Assembly (NCBI RefSeq): GCF_051893655.1
Contig: NZ_JBJFHN010000130.1
Coordinates: 6,762 to 70,761 of the forward strand
Reading direction: 5' to 3'
From: Porcipelethomonas sp.
GTDB taxonomy: Bacteria; Bacillota; Clostridia; Oscillospirales; Ruminococcaceae
DNA: 64,000 nt
In this document: positions 10,211-20,015 of the stretch, piece by piece
Layout: each line of letters starts with the position of its first letter
Numbering within the stretch: position 1 is the first letter of the stretch
Made by a program: the position numbers and the translations under genes
The notes under the pieces: generated by a model
The model's input: only the letters and a program-made list of their open reading frames with translations
What the model was told of the DNA's origin: nothing
The model's database searches: none

Positions 10211-11243
10211 TATTTCTGTATTTGTCCCTCATGCCGGCTGCCCTCATCAGTGCAGCTTCTGCAATCAGAAGACAATAAGCGGTCAGCAGTACGCTCCGAA
10301 GGCTGAGGACGTTCATCGGGTCTGCCGTCAGGCAATGGAAGAAGTAAGGGATAAGAAAAATTGTGAAATAGCTTTTTTCGGCGGAAGCTTTACGGCAATC
10401 GAAAGAAATTATATGGTTTCTCTGCTGAACGCTGCAAAATGCTATATTGGTGAAAAGGGTTTCAAAGGGATAAGAATTTCTACACGTCCGGATTTTATAG
10501 ACAGAGAAATTCTTGATATTTTAAAGGAATACGGCGTTACTTCCATTGAGCTTGGCGCACAGAGTATGAAAAATAAGGTTCTTGAAGCAAATGAAAGAGG
10601 TCATACGGCTGAAGATGTATATAAAGCGTCGGCACTTATCCGTGAATACGGCTTTGAGCTGGGACTTCAGATGATGGTGGGACTTTACAAAAGTACTATT
10701 CATGACGAGCATGAAACTATGAAAAGGATAATTAAAATTCATCCGGATACGGTCAGGATTTATCCCGTTGTTGTGCTTAAAGGTACAAAGCTTGCTGAAT
10801 TGTACGAATCAGGCGAATATAAGCTTTTGCCTTTTGATACTGTTGTTGAGCTTTGCGGCAATATGCTTGTAGAATTTGATATGCAGGGAATTGATGTTAT
10901 CAAATGCGGACTGCATGCCTCCGACGGTGTTGAAGGGGATATGGTTGCAGGCTTTTATCATCCGGCATTTAAGGAGCTTTGCGAAAGCTGGATTTACAGA
11001 AATGGTATGGAATTTATTGTTAATGACAGGGAGTTTGTTGAATCTGCCGGAAAAAGTTTAATTGAACGCAAGTTTCAGCAGCTTAAAAGAAAAAATTATA
11101 CTTTTGCAGTAAATCCATCATGTATCAGCAAGGCACTGGGACATAAAAAATCAAATGTGGAATATTTTAAAAAGCAGGGTATAGATATAAAAGTAATGGG
11201 AGATGGAGAAATCCCTAAATATCAGTGTGAAATCAGAGGATAA
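10197..11243 (+). CDS. Radical SAM protein (Elp3/YhcC-like)
   Basis: CPHQCSFC CxxxCxxC motif, FFGGSFT, RISTRPD, IELGAQS; lies between rnc and smc. Confidence 0.85.
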   Translation: MSHSNISVFVPHAGCPHQCSFCNQKTISGQQYAPKAEDVHRVCRQAMEEVRDKKNCEIAFFGGSFTAIERNYMVSLLNAAKCYIGEKGFKGIRISTRPDFIDREILDILKEYGVTSIELGAQSMKNKVLEANERGHTAEDVYKASALIREYGFELGLQMMVGLYKSTIHDEHETMKRIIKIHPDTVRIYPVVVLKGTKLAELYESGEYKLLPFDTVVELCGNMLVEFDMQGIDVIKCGLHASDGVEGDMVAGFYHPAFKELCESWIYRNGMEFIVNDREFVESAGKSLIERKFQQLKRKNYTFAVNPSCISKALGHKKSNVEYFKKQGIDIKVMGDGEIPKYQCEIRG

Positions 11244-11246
11244 TAT

Positions 11247-14200
11247 ATGTATTTAAAATCATTGGAATTACAAGGGTTTAAATCCTTTCCTGATAAAGTA
11301 AAGCTGACCTTTGACAAGGGTCTTACAGCAGTTGTAGGACCCAACGGCAGCGGAAAAAGTAATATTGGTGATTCTGTGAGATGGGTTCTGGGGGAACAGT
11401 CCACTAAGACGCTCAGAGGGAATAAAATGGAAGATGTTATTTTTTCCGGTACTGTTGCGAGAAAGCCTGTGGGATTTGCCATGGTAACTCTTGTTATAGA
11501 CAATGGCGACAGAGCTTTGAACAGTGATGATGACGAGGTAAGCGTTACAAGAAAGCTTTACAGAAGCGGTGAGAGTGAATATAAAATCAACGGTAAAAAT
11601 GTCAGGCTTAAAGACATAAACGAATTGTTTATGGATACCGGTATGGGACGTGACGGCTACTCTATTATCGGACAGGGAAGAATTGCGGAAATAGTAAGTG
11701 CAAAAAGCAATGAACGCCGTGATATTTTTGAAGAGGCTGCCGGAATTTCCAAATTCAGGTATAAGAAATCTGAGGCGGAAAGAAAACTTGCAGCAGCACA
11801 GGATAATCTTATAAGACTTAATGATATTGTATCTGAGCTTGAAAGCCGGGTAGGTCCTTTAAGACTTCAGGCGGAAAAGGCAGAAAAGTTTGTGGCACTG
11901 GCACAGCAGAGAAAAACTCTGGAAATATCTGTCTGGGTAAACCGTCTGGAAGAGCTTAAGGCTAAGCTTGAAGAACTGGAAAATGCACTTCTGATGAATA
12001 AAAATGAATATGAAAATATTCAGAATGATATAGAGCGTGAAGAACAGAAAATTCAGGAGGGTTATCGTAAAATTCAGGAAAGTTCTGCCAGTATCGAAGA
12101 ACTTCGTGATAAGATACTTGAAAATGAACAGCTGTCAGCACAGTATAAATCAGATATTGCCGTAAGTGAAAACGATATTTCCCATAGTGAGGGTTCACTT
12201 AGCTCTGTAAATGAACAATTGAAAAACAGATCGGCTTATGAAGAAAAGCTGAAAGCTGATATAAGTCAAAAGCTTGAACTTATTGACAGACTGAAAAAAC
12301 AGTCTAAGGAAATCGGTCAGAAGCTTGATGATGTAAGGAAAAAATTTGAAGAGGCAAAGCTTGAAGCTGAGAGTATCGGTAAAAATTCTGACAAGGCTGG
12401 AAATGAAATTAATGCACTTTATATAAAACTCAGTGAATTTCGGTCAGAAGTCGGAAATACTGACGCCATTGTAAAGGATACAGACGAACAGCTGGAAATG
12501 CTTATAAAGCAGAAAAATCAGGTAAACGAGCTTGTTTTACAGTATGGCAAAGAAAAGGAAGAAATCTCCGACGGATTAAAGGTTCTTGAAGAAAAGAAAC
12601 GGGAGTTTTCCAATAAAAAAGCCGGACTTGCAAAGCTTTATAATGACAAGGCGGCAAAGCTTTCAGAGTGCCGGAAGGAATGTGAAAATATTCTTTTTTC
12701 AGTAAAGGAAAAGGAACAGAGAAAAAAGCTTCTTTACGACCTTGAAAACAATATGGAAGGCTTTGCAAGAAGCGTTAAGGAGATTATAAAGGCGTCCTCT
12801 GCCGGAAGAATAGGCGGAATCAGAGGAACTGTCGCACAGCTTATAAATGTTAAACAGGAATATGCAACCGCAATTGAAACGGCTCTGGGCGGCGCAATGC
12901 AGAATATTATTGTTGATGATGATACTGCGGCGAAGCGGTGTATCAGAATGCTCAAGGAACAGCGTCTGGGAAGAGCTACTTTTCTTCCCATAACTTCGGT
13001 TAAGGGACGTGTTTTAAACGAACCGGGACTTCAATCCGAACAAGGATTCATTTCATTGGCAAATGAGCTTGTTGAGTATGATGGTCAGTATACCAGCATT
13101 GTAAATTCTTTGCTGGGGCGTACTGCTGTGGCAGATGATATTGACAGTGCGGCAGTTATAGCTAAAAAATTCGGGTATAAATTCAGAGTTGTAACTCTGG
13201 ATGGTCAGGTAGTTAATGCCGGCGGTTCTTTTACAGGCGGTTCGGCAGTTCATTCTGCCGGGGTATTTTCCCGTAAAAATGAGCTTGAGAGTATTGAAAA
13301 GGATATAAAAGAGCTTAATAAAAAACATTCTGAAGCTATGGAACTGAGCCGGAAACTTTCAGAAGATGCTGAAAAGCTTTCTAAAATGGCAAAGGAACTG
13401 GATGAAGAGGTTTCTGTGCTTGAGCAGGATAAAATAAAATTTGATGCGGAATATTCCCGTGTCTGCGCACTTGAAAAGCAGACTGCTTCACAGGAAGAGG
13501 ATTTTGATGTAAGATATAAAACTCTTGAGGGAAAAAAGCAAAATGCTTTGGAAAACCGTAAAAATGCCAAGGAAAGACTGGAGGAAATTACTGGTCAGAT
13601 ACATGCGGCAGAAGAAAATCTTGCAAGAGAACAGGGCAGAAGAGAGTCAGTCAGAAACAAAAGAGAAAGTCTTTCGGCTGAACTGTCGGAACTTAAAATC
13701 AAATCAGCAGAGCTTTCAAAGGATCTGGAAGCAGCACAGAGAGAACATGAAACCTTAAATTCAGGACTTTTGGAAACACGTGAAAACCTGTCGTCTCTGG
13801 GTGAAGAAAAAAAGCGTCTGGAACAGGTTATTGCGGAAAAAACTGCTCTTATTTCAGAAAGAAAACAGCAGACGGAAGATATAAAAATACAGATTGAAAA
13901 TTTTGGAAATGATATAAAAAAATGGCAGAATGTTCATAGAGAACAGGATGTTTATGTGACCAATCTGAGAAATTCCGTTAAGGAATTAAATGAAGCAAAA
14001 GAAAAATATTCCGGTGAAATTTCAAAAATAGATGAGCGAAAGCTTTCTGCACAGCGTGATTATGACGGAATTATAAACCAGCTTTATGAGGTCTATGAAA
14101 TGACACGCTCTGAAGCGGAAAATGCTGCGGAAAAAATAGAGGATCTGATGGCTGCTCAGAGAAAGCTTAATGAACTTAAGGCAAAAATCAGAAGTCTTGG

Positions 14201-14813
14201 AAATGTTAATGTGGGCGCTATTGATGAATACAAGGAAGTATCAGAAAGATATAAGTTTTTGTCTGAGCAGCTTGCAGATGTCAGAAATTCCAAAAGAGAG
14301 CTTGAAAAGCTTATCGCTGACCTCACAGAAGATATGTGCCGTATATTTGCGGAAAGCTTTGTCATAATAAACAATAATTTCAAAAAGATTTTTACAGAGC
14401 TTTTCGGCGGCGGCAAGGCAGAACTGATTCTTACTGATCCTGAAAATGTTCTTGAATCAGGTATAGAAATAAGAGTTGCACCGCCGGGAAAGGTTATTAA
14501 AAATCTTATTTCACTGTCCGGAGGAGAACAGTCTTTCGTGGCAATATGTATTTATTTTGCAATACTTAAGCTTAGACCGGCACCGTTTTGTATTCTTGAT
14601 GAGATTGATGCGGCACTGGACGAAGTAAATGTAAAAAAGTATGCACAGTATCTGAAAAATTTTACAGATAAAACGCAGTTTGTACTTGTAACTCACCGCC
14701 GCAGTGCAATGGAAGAAGCCAATGTTTTGTATGGCGTAACAATGCAGGAGGATGGTATTTCCAGACTTCTGAAAATGGAACAGGTGGATATTGAGGATAC
14801 AGCGTCAAAATAA
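11247..14813 (+). CDS. smc: Chromosome segregation protein SMC
   Basis: GFKSF, Walker A GPNGSGKSN, long coiled coils, hinge (GRATFLP, GGSFTGG), LSGGE, Walker B ILDEIDAALD. Confidence 0.97.
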   Translation: MYLKSLELQGFKSFPDKVKLTFDKGLTAVVGPNGSGKSNIGDSVRWVLGEQSTKTLRGNKMEDVIFSGTVARKPVGFAMVTLVIDNGDRALNSDDDEVSVTRKLYRSGESEYKINGKNVRLKDINELFMDTGMGRDGYSIIGQGRIAEIVSAKSNERRDIFEEAAGISKFRYKKSEAERKLAAAQDNLIRLNDIVSELESRVGPLRLQAEKAEKFVALAQQRKTLEISVWVNRLEELKAKLEELENALLMNKNEYENIQNDIEREEQKIQEGYRKIQESSASIEELRDKILENEQLSAQYKSDIAVSENDISHSEGSLSSVNEQLKNRSAYEEKLKADISQKLELIDRLKKQSKEIGQKLDDVRKKFEEAKLEAESIGKNSDKAGNEINALYIKLSEFRSEVGNTDAIVKDTDEQLEMLIKQKNQVNELVLQYGKEKEEISDGLKVLEEKKREFSNKKAGLAKLYNDKAAKLSECRKECENILFSVKEKEQRKKLLYDLENNMEGFARSVKEIIKASSAGRIGGIRGTVAQLINVKQEYATAIETALGGAMQNIIVDDDTAAKRCIRMLKEQRLGRATFLPITSVKGRVLNEPGLQSEQGFISLANELVEYDGQYTSIVNSLLGRTAVADDIDSAAVIAKKFGYKFRVVTLDGQVVNAGGSFTGGSAVHSAGVFSRKNELESIEKDIKELNKKHSEAMELSRKLSEDAEKLSKMAKELDEEVSVLEQDKIKFDAEYSRVCALEKQTASQEEDFDVRYKTLEGKKQNALENRKNAKERLEEITGQIHAAEENLAREQGRRESVRNKRESLSAELSELKIKSAELSKDLEAAQREHETLNSGLLETRENLSSLGEEKKRLEQVIAEKTALISERKQQTEDIKIQIENFGNDIKKWQNVHREQDVYVTNLRNSVKELNEAKEKYSGEISKIDERKLSAQRDYDGIINQLYEVYEMTRSEAENAAEKIEDLMAAQRKLNELKAKIRSLGNVNVGAIDEYKEVSERYKFLSEQLADVRNSKRELEKLIADLTEDMCRIFAESFVIINNNFKKIFTELFGGGKAELILTDPENVLESGIEIRVAPPGKVIKNLISLSGGEQSFVAICIYFAILKLRPAPFCILDEIDAALDEVNVKKYAQYLKNFTDKTQFVLVTHRRSAMEEANVLYGVTMQEDGISRLLKMEQVDIEDTASK

Positions 14814-14833
14814 AAAGCAGGAGGATTAAGATT

Positions 14834-15790
14834 ATGGGATTTTTCAGCAAGATTAAAGATGGTCTTCGCAAAACCAAAGAGTCAATGGTAAAGAAAATGC
14901 ATAAGGTTGTAAATTCCTTTACCAAAATTGATGAGGAACTGTTTGAACAGCTTGAAGAAACTATGATTATGAGCGATATGGGAGTTGAAACCTCTGTCCG
15001 GATTTGCGAAGAACTCAGAAAGAGAATCAAGGAAAGGGGAATTACTGACCCTTCAGTTATTATGGAGCTTATACAGGAAATAGTTGCGGAAATGATGGGT
15101 GATGATACAGAGCTTGATCTTTCTTCAAAGCCTTCAATTATTATGGTCATTGGTGTAAATGGAGCAGGCAAGACGACTACAATAGGAAAAATGTGCCATC
15201 AATTTACAGAGGACGGAAAAAAAGTTATCGTGGCAGCTGCCGATACTTTCCGTGCTGCTGCTATTGATCAGCTTCAGGTGTGGACAGACCGTTCAGGGGC
15301 AGATCTGGTAAAGCATTCAGAAGGGTCGGATCCGGCATCCGTTGTGTTTGACGCTATTGCGGCTGCAAAGGCAAGAAACTGCGATATTCTTATTTGTGAT
15401 ACTGCCGGAAGACTGCACAACAAGAAAAATCTTATGGATGAACTTGCTAAAATGAATCGTATTATTGAACGTGAAGCACCGGACAGTTCAAAGGAAATCC
15501 TGCTGGTACTTGACGCTACTACGGGGCAGAATGCTGTAAATCAGGCAAGACTGTTTAAAGAAGTTGCACCTATAACAGGTATTGTACTTACAAAGCTTGA
15601 CGGAACTGCAAAAGGCGGTATTGTTATTTCGATTAAAAATGAACTTGGAATACCGGTAAAGCTTATAGGAGTCGGAGAGCAGATTGATGATCTTCAGCCG
15701 TTTAACAGCCATGATTTTGTAAGGGCACTTTTTGAAAGTACTCCTTCTGAGGAATCTGAAACGGAAGAAGGGGAAGAAAATGAACAGTAA
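14834..15790 (+). CDS. ftsY: Signal recognition particle receptor FtsY
   Basis: GVNGAGKTTT, DTFRAAA, DTAGRLH, TKLDGTAKGG. Confidence 0.97.
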   Translation: MGFFSKIKDGLRKTKESMVKKMHKVVNSFTKIDEELFEQLEETMIMSDMGVETSVRICEELRKRIKERGITDPSVIMELIQEIVAEMMGDDTELDLSSKPSIIMVIGVNGAGKTTTIGKMCHQFTEDGKKVIVAAADTFRAAAIDQLQVWTDRSGADLVKHSEGSDPASVVFDAIAAAKARNCDILICDTAGRLHNKKNLMDELAKMNRIIEREAPDSSKEILLVLDATTGQNAVNQARLFKEVAPITGIVLTKLDGTAKGGIVISIKNELGIPVKLIGVGEQIDDLQPFNSHDFVRALFESTPSEESETEEGEENEQ

Positions 15791-16373
15791 AAAAATAATT
15801 CTTGCAAGCAATAATAAAAATAAACTTCGGGAAATAAAGGAGATTCTGACACCTTTGGGATATGAGGTTATATCCCAGTCAGAAGCGGGAATAAATATAG
15901 ATATTGAAGAAACAGGAAAAACCTTTAAGGATAATGCAAAGCTTAAGGCAAGTGCGATTTACAGCCTGAGTCATACTGCCGTTATTGCAGATGACAGCGG
16001 TCTTGAAGTGGATTATTTAAACGGCGCTCCCGGAGTGTATTCCCACAGATATGCAGGGGAAGGAGCGTCTGATGCTGACAGATACAATAAGCTTCTTTCC
16101 GAATTAAAAGACGTTCCGGAAGAAAAAAGAGGGGCGGCATTTGTATGTGTTATCTGTTTTATTGATGAAAACGGCATTGAACAGTATGCAAGAGGAGAAT
16201 GCAGAGGAAAAATCGGATATGAACCCAGAGGCGAAAACGGATTCGGCTATGATCCTGTTTTCATGTACGGAGATAAATCATTTGCAGAAATTTCTGCTGA
16301 TGAAAAGAATAAAGTAAGTCACAGAGCAAAAGCGTTGGAAAAGCTTTGCGAAATTTTAAAAACGAAAGGATAA
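15780..16373 (+). CDS. rdgB: Non-canonical purine NTP pyrophosphatase RdgB/Ham1
   Basis: LASNNKNK, ADDSGL, GAPGVYS, GFGYDP, KNKVSHR. Confidence 0.93.
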   Translation: MNSKKIILASNNKNKLREIKEILTPLGYEVISQSEAGINIDIEETGKTFKDNAKLKASAIYSLSHTAVIADDSGLEVDYLNGAPGVYSHRYAGEGASDADRYNKLLSELKDVPEEKRGAAFVCVICFIDENGIEQYARGECRGKIGYEPRGENGFGYDPVFMYGDKSFAEISADEKNKVSHRAKALEKLCEILKTKG

Positions 16374-16377
16374 ATAA

Positions 16378-16671
16378 ATGCTAAAAAGTAAACAAAGAGC
16401 CGCACTTCGTGGAATTGCAGGCAGCTATGAAACTATTTTTCAAATCGGAAAGGGCGGCATTTCTGAAGCATTGATTTCACAGGTAAATGACGCACTTAGA
16501 AAAAGAGAACTTATAAAACTTCGTGTACTGGATAACAGTATGTACAGTGCAAGGGAAGCGGCAGAGGAAATTGCAGAAAAAACAGGCTCAGAAGTTGTTC
16601 AGGTAATAGGCAGCAGATTTGTTTTGTTCAAAAGAAATCATAAAGAGCCTGTAATAAATATAAAACTCTGA
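16378..16671 (+). CDS. yhbY: YhbY/CRM-domain RNA-binding protein
   Basis: KQRAALR, QIGKGG, ELIK, VVQVIG. Confidence 0.92.
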   Translation: MLKSKQRAALRGIAGSYETIFQIGKGGISEALISQVNDALRKRELIKLRVLDNSMYSAREAAEEIAEKTGSEVVQVIGSRFVLFKRNHKEPVINIKL

Positions 16672-17276
16672 TGGCTAGAATAGGTTTATTCGGAGGGAGC
16701 TTCAATCCTGTTCATAACGGTCACGTTAATCTGGCAGTTTCTGTTAAAAAAAAGCTGAAACTTGATAAGGTGATTTTTATTCCGTCAGGTACAGCACCGC
16801 ATAAATCAAGTGAAGAATATGTCTCCGGAAGTGACAGGCTTGAAATGTGCCGCCTGGCATTGGAAGAATATGACGGGTTTGAAGTCAGTGACTATGAAAT
16901 AAATAAAAGTGGAAAAAGCTATACTGTTTATACAGTAAGACATTTTAAAAGTATGTTTCCGGAAGACGAACTGTTTCTGATGGTGGGCAGTGATATGCTT
17001 CTGAGCTTTGATACATGGTTTGAATACGGCGAAATTCTTAGTAATGTAACTCTGGCAGCAGTATCACGAAACGGAAATGATTTTGATGAATTGTATGAAA
17101 TGTCAAAAAAGCTTTCCAAATTCGGTGATGTAATTGTTGCAAATGACGAAGCGATTACAATATCTTCATCAAAAATACGTAAAATGATAAAAAATAATGA
17201 AGATATATCTTGCTATTTAAACGGAAAAGTAGTAAAATATATTATACTGAAAAATCTGTATTCAAGGCAGGACTAA
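16671..17276 (+). CDS. nadD: Nicotinate-nucleotide adenylyltransferase
   Basis: GLFGGSFNPVHNGH, SYT, VGSD, ISSSKIR. Confidence 0.94.
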   Translation: MARIGLFGGSFNPVHNGHVNLAVSVKKKLKLDKVIFIPSGTAPHKSSEEYVSGSDRLEMCRLALEEYDGFEVSDYEINKSGKSYTVYTVRHFKSMFPEDELFLMVGSDMLLSFDTWFEYGEILSNVTLAAVSRNGNDFDELYEMSKKLSKFGDVIVANDEAITISSSKIRKMIKNNEDISCYLNGKVVKYIILKNLYSRQD

Positions 17277-17297
17277 TTTGATATTCGGAGGATTTGC

Positions 17298-17903
17298 ATG
17301 TATTCTTCAGAAAAAATAAAAGCTTTCCTGAAAAAAAGACTTTCAAAAAAACGTTACAATCATTCAGTTAATGTGGCAAACGAGGCTTTAAAGCTTGCAA
17401 AAACATATGGGGAAAATCTTGATAAGGCTTATTTTGCCGGACTTCTTCATGACGTTTGTAAGGAGCTTTTGCCATCAGAGCAAAAACAGATGATGCTTGA
17501 GGGAAATATGGATATTTCCGGCGCTGAACTTGCCACGAAAGCTTTGTGGCATGGTCCTGCGGGTGCATATTTTATCGAAAAAGAAATGGGAATAAAGGAT
17601 AAGGATATTTTAAACGCTGTACGGTTTCATACTGTAGGGCGGTCGGGAATGTCACGGCTTGAAGAAATTATTTATATGGCTGACCTTATTTCCGAGGACA
17701 GGGATTACAAGGATGTTGACAAAATGAGAAAACTTGCCTATACTGATTTTGAAAAGGCTATGCTGGAGGCATTTTGCTATTCAATTGAGGGAGTGGTAAA
17801 GAAACAGGGCTATATCCCGGAATATACAGTTGATGCATATAATCAGTATCTGTATGTATGTTCGGTCCGCAAGAAAACCAAGGAGGAAAATAATGGCAAA
17901 TAG
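17298..17903 (+). CDS. yqeK: YqeK HD-domain Ap4A hydrolase
   Basis: RYNHS, GLLHDVCK, HGPAGA, HTVG, YMADLI; follows nadD. Confidence 0.92.
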   Translation: MYSSEKIKAFLKKRLSKKRYNHSVNVANEALKLAKTYGENLDKAYFAGLLHDVCKELLPSEQKQMMLEGNMDISGAELATKALWHGPAGAYFIEKEMGIKDKDILNAVRFHTVGRSGMSRLEEIIYMADLISEDRDYKDVDKMRKLAYTDFEKAMLEAFCYSIEGVVKKQGYIPEYTVDAYNQYLYVCSVRKKTKEENNGK

Positions 17904-19278
17904 CAGTAATAATTCCGGACAAAGGTATAAGTCGGGGTCCGGGCGAAAAACTTCAGGCAAAAAGAAAAAATCATCAGTAAAGGAAAAAATCATAATCGCA
18001 GCATCAATAATTGCAGGGATTGTAATTATTGCAGTTATGGTACTTAATATTCCGATCATTCCTGTTGAAAGGACTAAAAATGGTCTTACTTTTACAGAAC
18101 ATATATCTATAATCAAGTGGATAAAAGAGCTTCAGCCTATGGCTGAAACAGAAGGACTGCTTTCTGCTGATCCTAACAGCTATGAGCTGAACAGTGCCGC
18201 TGAAGGAGTGGACGATAAGCGTGACTTTACAAATGACCAGATTATTGAAGGTCAGTTTACTGTTTTATGCTTAGGCTTTGATGAATCACGTTCAAATTCT
18301 GATGTTATTATGCTTTTCCATTTTGACATAGTAAACGATAAAATAAACATACTTCAGATACCAAGAGACAGCTTTGTTCCGGATTATACTTCCAGTGAGA
18401 ATGGAAAAATCAACAGCGTATATACTCTGGGAGATGAAAATCTGATTCCAATTCAAAGAATAGTTGACGCTGTAAGGGATACTTTCGGAATTCCTATTGA
18501 CAGATATATTACAACCGGATGTGATGATATTGTTGATATGGTGGATCTTATCGGAGGAATTCCTATTGATCTTCCTGAGGATGTTTTTTATTCCTATGAC
18601 AAGATTCTGTATGCCGGCGAACAGGTGCTTAATGGTGAACAGGCTGAATTATTTGTACGTGCCAGAAAAGGTTACCTTGAAGGCGATATAGGACGTGTCA
18701 AGGCACAGAGAATATTTATGGCTGCATGTATGGAAAAGGCTTTGAATATGGGCACTGTTGAACTGACTAAATTCCTTACCGAGGTGTATAATAAAGGATA
18801 TATCGGAACTGACCTTACATTACAGGAAATGAGTATTCTCGCTGATTTCGGCAGCAATATGGATCTTGATGATGTAACAGTTCAGATGGTTCCGGGAGAA
18901 GCTACCGATTACAACGGTTATTCTGTATGGTCAATTCATAAGAATGCTACCATTGATGTACTGAATGAATATTTCAGACCATATCAGCCTGACCTGACTT
19001 ATGATTCACTGCCTATTACAGAACTTATTGAAAGCGATTATTATACAACTGATGTTTATGATGAGAATCAGGATACACTTCAGGAAATTGCAGACGGAGC
19101 TACTCCGGGAGAAAGTAAGAAAACTACAGAACCGTCTTCAGAATACGATGATACAGACAACGATTATGATGATGGCAATTATGAGGGTGAATGGTATTAT
19201 GAGGATGAAGGCGAATATGATGAAGAAGAATATTATGAGGAAGATGAGAATTATCATACCTATATCGGAGGATATTAA
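17893..19278 (+). CDS. LytR-CpsA-Psr (LCP) family cell-wall polymer ligase with acidic Tyr-rich C-terminal tail
   Basis: One N-terminal TM. Motifs LGFD..RSNSDVIML, LQIPRDS, KINSVY, LNGEQA..FVRARK and GDIGRVKAQR. Confidence 0.9.
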   Translation: MANSSNNSGQRYKSGSGRKTSGKKKKSSVKEKIIIAASIIAGIVIIAVMVLNIPIIPVERTKNGLTFTEHISIIKWIKELQPMAETEGLLSADPNSYELNSAAEGVDDKRDFTNDQIIEGQFTVLCLGFDESRSNSDVIMLFHFDIVNDKINILQIPRDSFVPDYTSSENGKINSVYTLGDENLIPIQRIVDAVRDTFGIPIDRYITTGCDDIVDMVDLIGGIPIDLPEDVFYSYDKILYAGEQVLNGEQAELFVRARKGYLEGDIGRVKAQRIFMAACMEKALNMGTVELTKFLTEVYNKGYIGTDLTLQEMSILADFGSNMDLDDVTVQMVPGEATDYNGYSVWSIHKNATIDVLNEYFRPYQPDLTYDSLPITELIESDYYTTDVYDENQDTLQEIADGATPGESKKTTEPSSEYDDTDNDYDDGNYEGEWYYEDEGEYDEEEYYEEDENYHTYIGGY

Positions 19279-19290
19279 AGTTTAAGGAGA

Positions 19291-19656
19291 ATGTATATGA
19301 CCCAAAAAGAAATGCTGAAAAAAATTATAAAGACTCTTGACAGTAAAAAAGCTGAAAGTATACAGGCTATAAAAATATCTGATCTTACAATACTTGCTGA
19401 TTATTTTGTAATCGCAAGCGGCAACAGTTCTACACAGACAAAAACTCTTGCTGAAGAAGTTGAGTATCAGATGTCACTGTCGGGTGTAGAACCAAATAAG
19501 AAAGAGGGCTATAACGGTTCAAACTGGATTATACTTGATTATGGGGATATTGTCGTTCATGTTTTCTATAAGGAAACAAGGGATTATTATCAGTTGGAAA
19601 GACTTTGGTCTGATGGGGAAAAAATTGATATTGAAGAATTTGTGACGGAGGATTGA
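19291..19656 (+). CDS. rsfS: Ribosome silencing factor RsfS
   Basis: LDSKKAE.I, ADYFVIASG, WIILDYGDIVVHVF, YYQLERLW. Confidence 0.95.
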   Translation: MYMTQKEMLKKIIKTLDSKKAESIQAIKISDLTILADYFVIASGNSSTQTKTLAEEVEYQMSLSGVEPNKKEGYNGSNWIILDYGDIVVHVFYKETRDYYQLERLWSDGEKIDIEEFVTED

Positions 19657-19661
19657 TCAAC

Positions 19662-20012
19662 ATGAAAACAAATAATCAGCAGGGACGTAATATCGCATTA
19701 ATAGCAGGTATTTACTTTATTGTAAAATCAGTGATAAACCTGATCTTAGGCGGAGGATTTATGGACGTTATAATTTCTGTCCTGGAAGCCGCTGCACTTT
19801 ATACCGGACTTATGTATCTTAATTATATTGTGGCTGCAATTGTTGCAATTGTTGCTATTGTACATCTTCCGGCAAATATCGGACATCTTGCTGACAACTG
19901 GTTCTATCTGCTTGAGGGAGTAATTGATATAATCGCTGCAATAATTATTTGTGTAAATCCAAGTGTAAAGGAACATTTTACTAATAAATGGGGCGGAGGC
20001 TCCAATGAATAA
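19662..20012 (+). CDS. Small multi-pass membrane protein, unknown function
   Basis: SD GGAGG upstream; about four hydrophobic segments in 116 aa. Confidence 0.75.
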   Translation: MKTNNQQGRNIALIAGIYFIVKSVINLILGGGFMDVIISVLEAAALYTGLMYLNYIVAAIVAIVAIVHLPANIGHLADNWFYLLEGVIDIIAAIIICVNPSVKEHFTNKWGGGSNE

Positions 20013-20015
20013 AAT

